A stretch of 64,000 nt of DNA, taken from positions 2,371-66,370 of the forward strand of contig JAKEFK010000048.1 in the NCBI GenBank assembly GCA_022616075.1, read 5' to 3'. The notes beneath the pieces were generated by a model that was given only the letters and a program-made list of their open reading frames with translations, made no database searches and was not told the DNA's origin. The translations under genes and the position numbers were made by a program. This stretch comes from a bacterium. GTDB lineage: Bacteria > Acidobacteriota > HRBIN11 > JAKEFK01. Below, piece after piece: positions 18,262-26,555 of this stretch; position 1 is the stretch's first letter, and each line of letters opens with the position of its first letter.

Positions 18262-19681
18262 TCCGTATCTTTACGAAACGCTCGCTGACAAAATCGCGAG
18301 TTTGATTGACAAAAGGACTTTTTTACCGGGCGAAAAAGTGCCCTCTGTTCGCCGGTTGAGCCTGCAGGAAAATGTGAGCATCAGCACTGTGTTGCAAGCG
18401 TACGTGTTGCTGGAGGATCGCGGGCTGATTGAGGCGCGTCCCCAGTCCGGTTACTATGTGCGTCTCCAGCGACGCGCGCTTCCACCGGAACCGGCGATCA
18501 GCAAGCCATCGTTATCCGCATCACGAGTGAACGTAAGCGAGCTTGTGGCCAGCATTCACGATGCGATTACGCGGCCCGATATCGTTCCCCTGGGAGCGGC
18601 TACACCAAGTCCGGAACTATTACCCATGCGCAAACTGAACCGGATCCTCGCGAGCATCGCCCGCGAATCGGATGGCGAAGAACATTCCTACGGAATGATG
18701 CAAGGAAGTGAAGAACTCCGCCATCAAATCGCCCGAAGATCGCTCGATTGGGGTTGCAGTTTTTCGGGGGCGGATGTTGTTATCACTTTCGGCTGCACGG
18801 AAGCCATCAATCTTTGTTTGAGAGCGGTCGCACAACCGGGAGATACAATCGCAGTCGAATCTCCCACTTACTACGGCTTTTTGCAAATCATCGAAAGTCT
18901 CAAGATGAAAGCTCTGGAGATTCCCACCTGTCCGCGCGATGGAATTTGTGTGGATGCCCTGGAACAAGCAATCAAGAAACAACAGGTCAAGGCGTGCCTG
19001 ATCGTTTCCAATTTCAGCAATCCGTTAGGTTGCTACATGCCTGAAGAACGCAAGAAACAACTGGTCGAGCTTTTATCGCGCAAGCAGATTCCTTTAATTG
19101 AAGACGATATCTACGGAGAAATTTATTTTGGAAACGAGCGGCCTAAAGTTTGTAAAGCCTTTGATCAACAGGGACTGGTTCTTCTCTGTTCCTCCTATTC
19201 CAAATGTCTTTCGCCCGGCTATCGCGTCGGTTGGACTGCTCCCGGCCGCTTCAAGGATGAAGTCAGGCGACTAAAACTGATGAATACGCTTTCGTGCGTG
19301 TTGCCCACCCAAATCACCATTGCAGAAATGCTACGAAGCGGCGGATATGATCATCACATGCGAAGAATCCGCAGAGCTTACTCATCGCAGGTGCAAAAAA
19401 CATCGGAAGCAATCGCACACTACTTCCCGCGAGGCACACGAGTCACTCGCCCCCAGGGAGGTTTTGTCTTATGGGCCGAGCTTCCCAATTCGGTGGATTC
19501 ACTGGAACTCTATCGAAAAGCGTTGGATTCGAAAATCAGCATCGCCCCCGGCTCGCTATTTTCACCTAAACAACATTACCGGAACTGCATTCGCTTAAAT
19601 TGCGCGCACCCCTGGAGCGATAAAATTGATCAAGCACTGGCAACTCTAGGCCGCCTGGCTTACGATTGCGGCTCTGTATAG
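18245..19681 (+). CDS. MocR/GntR-family PLP-dependent transcriptional regulator
   Basis: wHTH VPSVRRLS...STVLQAY...ARPQSGYYV; aminotransferase-like FSNPLG, IEDDIY, SYSKCLSPGYRVGW. Confidence 0.95.
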   Translation: MNPQIDPYLYETLADKIASLIDKRTFLPGEKVPSVRRLSLQENVSISTVLQAYVLLEDRGLIEARPQSGYYVRLQRRALPPEPAISKPSLSASRVNVSELVASIHDAITRPDIVPLGAATPSPELLPMRKLNRILASIARESDGEEHSYGMMQGSEELRHQIARRSLDWGCSFSGADVVITFGCTEAINLCLRAVAQPGDTIAVESPTYYGFLQIIESLKMKALEIPTCPRDGICVDALEQAIKKQQVKACLIVSNFSNPLGCYMPEERKKQLVELLSRKQIPLIEDDIYGEIYFGNERPKVCKAFDQQGLVLLCSSYSKCLSPGYRVGWTAPGRFKDEVRRLKLMNTLSCVLPTQITIAEMLRSGGYDHHMRRIRRAYSSQVQKTSEAIAHYFPRGTRVTRPQGGFVLWAELPNSVDSLELYRKALDSKISIAPGSLFSPKQHYRNCIRLNCAHPWSDKIDQALATLGRLAYDCGSV

Positions 19682-19709
19682 ATTCGCCGCTGTATCGGTT
19701 CCGCAGCTT

Positions 19710-20288
19710 TTAGATTTCTTCTAATTGAGTAAGCCTAACCATAAAAGCAACAGGACCTGCGTTCTGGTTTTTGCGAATCAATTCAATTTGGACAAAATAT
19801 TCGTTGTTCAAGAAATCAAAACTATGGGAGAACTTGATTGCCAATTCGGTTCGTCCCGTATTTCCGCTGGTGTTACTATTCACGAAAGCTATCAAGGTTG
19901 TGCTGCCGGTGGGGCGCGACACGCTGAAGAGTTTGGCCCGCACACTGTGATTCGTCCCTATACCATCAGGATCCTGATAACCCAGGATGATCGCATTCCA
20001 TGCCGGATTTCCCTGATCCAGAGGATTGACAACGTTGCAGCGTGCGATAATTGGAGAGGTGCTGGTCTGGCCGGCACGAAACGTAAAGTCGCTACCAGGG
20101 CCGACCGCGGTTTGGAAGCGATACAATGGCAGTGAGTCTTCGTCAATAGCACAGCTGGAAGCAGTATGCGTCCAGGCCGGTAAGAATTCAAATGCCTGCG
20201 CGCTCACCGATTGCGAACTCAGCATTGTCACAAACAGAGCGCCGATCGCAGGAAAAAGCAAAGTTTTGTTGAATGCATGCAACTTCAT
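19710..20288 (-). CDS. secreted hypothetical protein
   Basis: Signal peptide ending VSAQA, beta-rich mature part, RBS AAGGAG, sigma54 promoter upstream. Confidence 0.8.
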   Translation of the reverse strand: MKLHAFNKTLLFPAIGALFVTMLSSQSVSAQAFEFLPAWTHTASSCAIDEDSLPLYRFQTAVGPGSDFTFRAGQTSTSPIIARCNVVNPLDQGNPAWNAIILGYQDPDGIGTNHSVRAKLFSVSRPTGSTTLIAFVNSNTSGNTGRTELAIKFSHSFDFLNNEYFVQIELIRKNQNAGPVAFMVRLTQLEEI

Positions 20289-20321
20289 GATTCACTCCTT
20301 CTGAATTTTCCCTTTTGCAGA

Positions 20322-20337
20322 AGCAAAATCCGTACCG
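20322..20337 (-). promoter_or_regulatory. sigma54 -24/-12 promoter
   Basis: Minus strand CGGTACGGATTTTGCT: GG-N10-GC, 33 bp before the ATG at 20288. Confidence 0.8.
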
Positions 20338-20379
20338 GTGTAAGCGTCGCAGGATGGCTCGGCGATTGATGTGATCCAT

Positions 20380-20418
20380 TGTTTCCAAATGGAACAGTGA
20401 ATGTTCCATAGTGGATCA
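20380..20418. promoter_or_regulatory. tandem enhancer boxes, class I (TGTTCC-N5-GGAACA)
   Basis: TGTTTCCAAATGGAACA (20380) and TGTTCCATAGTGGATCA (20402), 22 bp apart. Confidence 0.7.
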
Positions 20419-20452
20419 TGGGGATTTAGAATAGCAACGATGGCGTAACAGA

Positions 20453-23400
20453 ATGAGAGCCAGGTTCCTTTTAATCGTCTTTGCACACCTGTGCTTCTCT
20501 CATTACTCCTTCGCTCTGGATCCTTCCAAATTCATCACGCAGTATGGTCATCGTACCTGGCAGATCGATGACGGTTTGCCGCAAAACACCGTTCGGGCGA
20601 TTGTACAAACACGCGACGGCTATCTCTGGTTAGGAACGCAAGAAGGATTGGTTCGTTTCGATGGAATTCATTTTACAGTATTCGATCGAAAGAATACGAA
20701 GGAGATCCGCCACAATGCGGTCAGGGCTTTGTGCGAATCCAAAGATGGAAGCCTCTGGATCGGCACTGCCGGCGGTGGAGTTCTCCGGTATCAGAATGGA
20801 AAGTTTCAAAGTTACCTGACGCGAGATGGTTTGCTCAATGACATTGTGTATTCACTCTTTGAAGACCGGGAAGGAAACGTTTGGATCGGAACTGCGCGTG
20901 GACTGAACCTCTGGAGGAACAGCAAGCTCGATACCGATGTGATCACAAAGAGTCTTTCTCAGGATCCAATCGGATCGATTTATCAGGACCGGCAGGGCCA
21001 TCGCTGGTTCGGAACCTGGAAGGGGGAACTAAAGTGCTGGAAAAGCGGCAACATGCACATTTACAGAGTCAGTCATCCTGATATCGCTGTTCGCACTATT
21101 GTTGAAGATAGGCAAGGAAACTTATGGGTGGGAACCGATGGCGATGGAATTCGGTGTTTCAAGAATGGCGAAATGTACAGCTACCATCGAAATGATGGAC
21201 TTCCCGATGAAACCGTTTTGGCAATTCATCAGGATCGGCATGATAACGTGTGGATTGCAACGAACAGTGGACTCGTCCGTTTTCGTGATGGTCGCTTTGA
21301 AGTCCATTCTGTGAGCGGAGGACTTTCCGATAAGATGGCGCTCAGTCTTTACGAAGATTTCGAAGGCAGTCTCTGGGTCGGCACCTATGGCGGGGGCTTG
21401 AATCAGCTCCGCGATACGAAGCTTACACCGTATACTTTGCGCGAAGGCCTATCCCACCCGAACGTAATGACGATTTTTGAGGATAATGCAAAAAATCTCT
21501 GGTTCACCGCCAGGGGGGGCGGCTTTCTCCAGTGGAAGGAAGGGAAATTTCATTACCATGCTTTGAATCGTTTTTCTCACCAAGATGTTTATTCCATTTG
21601 CCGGGACAAGCGAGGGAATCTGTGGTTGGGATTGGATGGATCGGGTCTGGTTCTTTATAGAGACGGAGATATGACAATTTATACAACGCGCGACGGATTG
21701 TCCAGCGATCATGTTTATGCAATCGTCGAAGGTCAGGAAAACAGCTTGTGGGTCGGAACATGGAGCGCCGGTGTCAACCATTTTAAAGATGGCCGGTTCA
21801 TCAGCTATACAGAAAAAGAGGGCCTCGCCAATAATTTTGTAAGAACTCTACATGAAAAAGATGGGCGTCTCTGGGTCGGTACGATGGGAGGACTGAGCCT
21901 CTTCAAAGACGGAAAGTTCACCACTTTTACAACGAAAAACGGACTCTCCAGTGATCAGATTCGTGCGATCCACGAAGATGATCAGGGAAACATTTGGATT
22001 GGAACCGCAGGGGGCGGGTTGAATCGATTCCAAAACGGCCGTTTTAGAGCATATACAACTGATCATGATTTTTTTAACGATGTCGTTTTTCAAATACTGG
22101 AAGATGACCAACAGAACCTATGGATGAGCTGCAATAAAGGAATTTTTTGCGTGCGTAAAAAGGATCTGGATGACTTTGATGCCGGCAAAATTCGATCGAT
22201 TCCTTCCATTTCCTTTACCAAAAAAGATGGAATGCCGAGTAGCGAATGCAACGGAGCCGGACATCCATCCGGATGGAAAACCAAAGATGGCAGATTATGG
22301 TTTCCGACAATTGCAGGAGTGGTAGTTATTGATCCAGGCAAGATTCCAGTAAACAGGATCTCCCCTAATGTATTAGTAGATAGTGTGCGGGTGGATCATC
22401 GGGAGCTTGATCTGCTTTCCGGTATCAAAATTCCTCCCGGAAGTTCGCGATTCGAATTCCGTTATACCACTCTGAGTTTTCTGGATCCCGAACAAAACAA
22501 ATTCAAGTACCAGCTGGAAGGTCATGATACCGGATGGATCGATGCCGGGCAAAGCCGTTTTGCCGCATACACGAACATACCTCCCGGAAGTTATCGTTTC
22601 CGCGTGATTGCCTCCAACAATGATGCTGTTTGGAATGAAACAGGAGCCGTTTTTGCTTTTACACTTCAGCCGCATTTCTATCAAACCAGATGGTTCCTCG
22701 CCCTATGCATCCTGGGTCTAACTTCTATTGTCTTCGGATTGCATCGTTTTCGTACGAATCAATTGAAGGCCAGACAGGCTCAACTTGCCGGGATCGTTCG
22801 GGAGAAAACGAAAGAATTGCTGGAGGCACAAAAACGATTGCAGGAAACGAACCTGAATCTCGAAGAGCGTGTGCAACACGGGATTGAGGCGCTAAGGGAA
22901 GCGGAAAGAATGGCAGCGTACGGCCAAATGATGGCTGGCGTTGCGCACGAAATTCGTCATCCGATTTTTTCGCTTCAAGCGACAGCTTATGTGCTTGGAA
23001 ATCGTCTGAAAGGGAACGAGGATCTGCAACCTCAGCTGAAGATCCTGGACCGGGAAACGAGAAGAATGTCACGATTGATGGATGATCTTTTGGAATTCGC
23101 CCGGCCCCATTCCCTTCTTTTATCGCAAGTCGATCCAGGTTCATTATTGCAAGAGGCCGTGGAGACTTTTCGCGAACAGGAAACCCCAAAAGTGTTTTTG
23201 GAGTGGGAGGCTGACCTTCCGAAAGTTACCCTGGATCGAGACCGATTGATTCAGGTTTTGATTAACTTAATCGATAACGCTACGAAACACGCGAAAAGAG
23301 TCAGCAGGATTGTCGTATCGGCTGGTAGCGCCCCGGGGGAAGTGCCCGGGATCCATTTGACGGTAGAAAACGACGGCTCCCGCATTCCCGGTGAGAATCT

Positions 23401-23608
23401 TTCTCGTATCTTTGAACCTTTCTTTACAACCGGTAAAGGAAGCGGACTGGGACTTGCGATTGTTCGACGTGTTATAACAGAACATGAAGGAACCATCGAT
23501 GTAGAATCGGGTCCAGCAGGAACATTATTCAGAATTTTTCTACCGGCACGGGGCCCGAAATCTAACGGTGTAGACAATGCAGAGGAAACGCATATTGATC
23601 ATCGATGA
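20453..23608 (+). CDS. sensor histidine kinase with periplasmic beta-propeller (Reg_prop) and Y_Y_Y domains
   Basis: Signal peptide, repeated ED..G.LWIGT..GGL units, FKYQLEG..W, YTNIPPGSYRFRV, TM, AHEIRHP, GSGLGL. Confidence 0.95.
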   Translation: MRARFLLIVFAHLCFSHYSFALDPSKFITQYGHRTWQIDDGLPQNTVRAIVQTRDGYLWLGTQEGLVRFDGIHFTVFDRKNTKEIRHNAVRALCESKDGSLWIGTAGGGVLRYQNGKFQSYLTRDGLLNDIVYSLFEDREGNVWIGTARGLNLWRNSKLDTDVITKSLSQDPIGSIYQDRQGHRWFGTWKGELKCWKSGNMHIYRVSHPDIAVRTIVEDRQGNLWVGTDGDGIRCFKNGEMYSYHRNDGLPDETVLAIHQDRHDNVWIATNSGLVRFRDGRFEVHSVSGGLSDKMALSLYEDFEGSLWVGTYGGGLNQLRDTKLTPYTLREGLSHPNVMTIFEDNAKNLWFTARGGGFLQWKEGKFHYHALNRFSHQDVYSICRDKRGNLWLGLDGSGLVLYRDGDMTIYTTRDGLSSDHVYAIVEGQENSLWVGTWSAGVNHFKDGRFISYTEKEGLANNFVRTLHEKDGRLWVGTMGGLSLFKDGKFTTFTTKNGLSSDQIRAIHEDDQGNIWIGTAGGGLNRFQNGRFRAYTTDHDFFNDVVFQILEDDQQNLWMSCNKGIFCVRKKDLDDFDAGKIRSIPSISFTKKDGMPSSECNGAGHPSGWKTKDGRLWFPTIAGVVVIDPGKIPVNRISPNVLVDSVRVDHRELDLLSGIKIPPGSSRFEFRYTTLSFLDPEQNKFKYQLEGHDTGWIDAGQSRFAAYTNIPPGSYRFRVIASNNDAVWNETGAVFAFTLQPHFYQTRWFLALCILGLTSIVFGLHRFRTNQLKARQAQLAGIVREKTKELLEAQKRLQETNLNLEERVQHGIEALREAERMAAYGQMMAGVAHEIRHPIFSLQATAYVLGNRLKGNEDLQPQLKILDRETRRMSRLMDDLLEFARPHSLLLSQVDPGSLLQEAVETFREQETPKVFLEWEADLPKVTLDRDRLIQVLINLIDNATKHAKRVSRIVVSAGSAPGEVPGIHLTVENDGSRIPGENLSRIFEPFFTTGKGSGLGLAIVRRVITEHEGTIDVESGPAGTLFRIFLPARGPKSNGVDNAEETHIDHR

Positions 23609-24920
23609 TGATACGTCTTTGAACGAGGCGCTCGAGACATTGTTGTCAGATGCAGGCTACTCAGTTTTTTGCGCTGAGTCCGGAGAATCAGGAATCGAGA
23701 TTGTCCGCAAGGAACCGATCGATCTGGTTCTCCTAGACCTGCGATTGGAGGACATCAGCGGCCTGGATTTGCTGACGCAAATTAAATCGGTCCGAGCAGA
23801 AACTTCTGTGATCATGATCACCGGTGTTGGAACCATTGAAGATGCTGTTGAGGCAATGCGGCGCGGGGCAGATAACTTTATTGTGAAACCGGTCGATCCT
23901 CCAAGACTACTGGTTCTCGTTGAAAAGGGATTCGAGTCAGGTAGCCTTCGCCGTAAGGCTGCCCAGCTGGAAAGATTAAGCAATGCCGCACGTGTTTTGT
24001 TCCTGGGAAAAGCCAGGGCGATCCAGGATGCAATAAAGCTGATAGAAGTTGTTGCGCCAAGAGACACGACGGTCCTACTTCGCGGAGAGACGGGAACCGG
24101 AAAGGGACTGATCGCGCGTCGAATCCATGAAACTTCGCCGCGGAGCAAACATCCTTTTGTAGAGCTGAACTGCGCCGGATTGCAACGTGATTTAACGGAA
24201 TCAGAACTCTTTGGACATGAAAGAGGGTCGTTCACCGGAGCTCATGAAAGGAAAATCGGTCTCTTCGAAGCAGCAAACGGCGGAACTCTGTTTTTGGATG
24301 AAATTGGAGAAATGGATTATTCCATACAGCCTAAACTCTTAAATGTTTTGGAACAAAAGAGGTTTCGCCGAATTGGAGGAGTCGCAGAAATTGAAGTGGA
24401 TGTCCGCTTGATTGCGGCAACCCATCGCGATCTAACCAAGGAAATTACTGCCGGCAAGTTTCGCGAAGATCTCTTTTATCGCCTGAATGTTTTTACAATT
24501 CCAGTGCCGCCGCTTCGACAGAGAAAGGAAGACATTCTTTCGCTGGCAGAAAAATTTCTGCAAGAATTCGGCGGTGTGCAGGATGGAATTTCACACGAAG
24601 CTGCGGAATTACTTTCCTCATACGACTGGCCGGGGAATGTTCGCGAGCTTAGAAATGTTATGGAACGCGCCGCCATTCTTTGTCCGAGCCGATCCCAGGT
24701 CTTAATCTCCCATCTTCCCCAATTTACCGGTCCATCGGACGCCCATACGAGATCCCGCTCCGAGCCCCTGACTGTCAACGATGCCGAACTCAAGCTATTC
24801 GAATTGGCGCTTCGAACGCATAACTACAATTTGAAAGCCACCGCCCGTGACCTTGGTGTCTCCCGCGGCACTCTCTACAGAAAAATAAAGAAACACAAGA
24901 TCGCGCTTCCAAAAACGTGA
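23577..24920 (+). CDS. NtrC-family sigma54-dependent response regulator (REC-AAA+-HTH)
   Basis: REC, GETGTGK, ESELFGHERGSFTGA, LFLDEIG, WPGNVREL, Fis-type HTH. Confidence 0.95.
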   Translation: MQRKRILIIDDDTSLNEALETLLSDAGYSVFCAESGESGIEIVRKEPIDLVLLDLRLEDISGLDLLTQIKSVRAETSVIMITGVGTIEDAVEAMRRGADNFIVKPVDPPRLLVLVEKGFESGSLRRKAAQLERLSNAARVLFLGKARAIQDAIKLIEVVAPRDTTVLLRGETGTGKGLIARRIHETSPRSKHPFVELNCAGLQRDLTESELFGHERGSFTGAHERKIGLFEAANGGTLFLDEIGEMDYSIQPKLLNVLEQKRFRRIGGVAEIEVDVRLIAATHRDLTKEITAGKFREDLFYRLNVFTIPVPPLRQRKEDILSLAEKFLQEFGGVQDGISHEAAELLSSYDWPGNVRELRNVMERAAILCPSRSQVLISHLPQFTGPSDAHTRSRSEPLTVNDAELKLFELALRTHNYNLKATARDLGVSRGTLYRKIKKHKIALPKT

Positions 24921-24948
24921 AACTCTTGCTAGTGGACCGCATTTCTCA

Positions 24949-24985
24949 TGATTCGGAATGGAACAAGGTGTTCCGTTAAAGAACA
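24949..24985. promoter_or_regulatory. tandem enhancer boxes, class I
   Basis: TGATTCGGAATGGAACA (24949) and TGTTCCGTTAAAGAACA (24969), 20 bp apart. Confidence 0.7.
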
Positions 24986-25028
24986 CGTTTTCCCTGGGAT
25001 GACCCTGAACAGCCTCAGAGAAATACAG

Positions 25029-25044
25029 TGGTACAGCCCTTGCT
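25029..25044 (+). promoter_or_regulatory. sigma54 -24/-12 promoter
   Basis: TGGTACAGCCCTTGCT, near the TGGCAC-N5-TTGC consensus, 25 bp before the ATG at 25070. Confidence 0.8.
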
Positions 25045-25069
25045 CGTTACAAAACAGCTTCGACAGAAA

Positions 25070-25447
25070 ATGGATAAGAAGTGTGTGCTCATTGTCGATG
25101 ATGATGAAGCGATTTTGGAAAGTCTTGCGGGACTCTTTCAGACCGATGATGTAATAGTTGAAGGAGCAAGTACTCTGGAAGAGGCAACAAAATTGCTGAG
25201 TGCTCATGCCTTTGATTTGGTGATTTTGGATCTACGTCTCTCATCGGGTGCCTCGCTGGAAGGACTTGATTTGTTATCGCTGATTAAAACGAAGGCTCCG
25301 AAAACGCATGTAGTTCTGATGACCGCGTACGGCGCACAGGAGATCGAACGCGAAGCAATAAGGAGGGGAGCGTCGAGTTATTTTGAGAAATCCATTCCCA
25401 TCAGCGAATTTAGGAACCGCCTCAAGGCTCTCGGTATTTCTGTCTAG
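25070..25447 (+). CDS. single-domain response regulator (REC)
   Basis: VLIVDDD, LDLRL, LMTAYG, FEK; start moved to the ATG at 25070. Confidence 0.88.
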   Translation: MDKKCVLIVDDDEAILESLAGLFQTDDVIVEGASTLEEATKLLSAHAFDLVILDLRLSSGASLEGLDLLSLIKTKAPKTHVVLMTAYGAQEIEREAIRRGASSYFEKSIPISEFRNRLKALGISV

Positions 25448-25474
25448 GTTTTTATCGATCCGCGGCCGGCTGGC

Positions 25475-26020
25475 TTACGAGTGCAGCTTTGTGTAGATTC
25501 GCCGCTGCATCCGTTTTGCATCCGCGGGATCCGGACGCTCTTCAATTAATTCGGCTGCTGTAGCAGTATGAAAAGAAACGACAATCCAATGTTCGCCGGG
25601 GCCGACAACCGCCCGATGCCAGATGTTGACAGGTATGGATGCCCAGTGATCTTCAATCCGCCCATGAAACTGATCCAGCAAAACATGAGATTGCCATCGA
25701 TCTTCCGTCCAGATCTGCAAGTCTCCTGTTCGCCTCCAGGACCTGACCCGTTGATGACTGTTCGGATGGCGTTCCGCGCCGCTGTTGGAACCCTCCTTCA
25801 GTAAAAATACCCAGCTGGAGCGGATCAACTCAGGCAATTTGTTTTCGTAAATTTCCAAAGGAATGGTCTCCCATGCCAACGGATCCTGGCTCCTTTTGAA
25901 TTCATCCACAACGCGATCCGCAATCCGGTCGATCTGCGCCGACACAGAAGGGTCCTGCAGAATCCGCTCAATCGCCCGCAAGAGTTTGCGTTCTTCTTCA
26001 ATCATTTGTTCTATTGTCAA
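25475..26020 (-). CDS. hypothetical protein, possible cupin fold
   Basis: ERHPNSHQ and IPVNIWH resemble cupin metal-binding motifs; start uncertain. Confidence 0.6.
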   Translation of the reverse strand: MTIEQMIEEERKLLRAIERILQDPSVSAQIDRIADRVVDEFKRSQDPLAWETIPLEIYENKLPELIRSSWVFLLKEGSNSGAERHPNSHQRVRSWRRTGDLQIWTEDRWQSHVLLDQFHGRIEDHWASIPVNIWHRAVVGPGEHWIVVSFHTATAAELIEERPDPADAKRMQRRIYTKLHS

Positions 26021-26086
26021 TTCTTTTCCATAATTAGCACAGAATCAGTGAAAAGCATTTCTGTGCATAACAGATCAGGAGGATGA

Positions 26087-26437
26087 ATGCCTGCTCCCAT
26101 CAAACCGTTGATCACTTCCGAAGAGTTACAAAGAATTGACATACGCGTCGGCACCATCGTTGCGGTTGACGAGGTGTCTTCGTCTAATAAATTAGTAAAA
26201 CTTACTGTTGAATTTGGCGACCACCGGCGAGCCATACTTGCCGGTATGAAAAAAGAGCGCGCGAATCCCAAAGAAATTGAAGGGAAACAAGCGTTATTTG
26301 TAGTGAATCTCGCTACACGAAAAATGGCCGGCGAGGTCTCGGAAGGAATGCTTTTTGACATCGGCTATGCCGATGGAATTACGCCGGTTCTCGCCCTTCC
26401 GGAGAAACTGGTGCCGGACGGAACACGAGCCGAGTAA
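26087..26437 (+). CDS. tRNA-binding OB-fold protein (CsaA/Trbp111 family)
   Basis: IDIRVGTI, VVNL..RKMAG..SEGM; RBS AGGAGG. Confidence 0.9.
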   Translation: MPAPIKPLITSEELQRIDIRVGTIVAVDEVSSSNKLVKLTVEFGDHRRAILAGMKKERANPKEIEGKQALFVVNLATRKMAGEVSEGMLFDIGYADGITPVLALPEKLVPDGTRAE

Positions 26438-26555
26438 CCTCATTTTTTCGCTAGAACTCGTAGCGGAAGCTATATTGTTTTCTACAACTTTTCGCGGGGG
26501 GACAACTGAATGGGATTCTCCATGATTTGAGAGTCTCGGGTCAAAGCACGTAATC

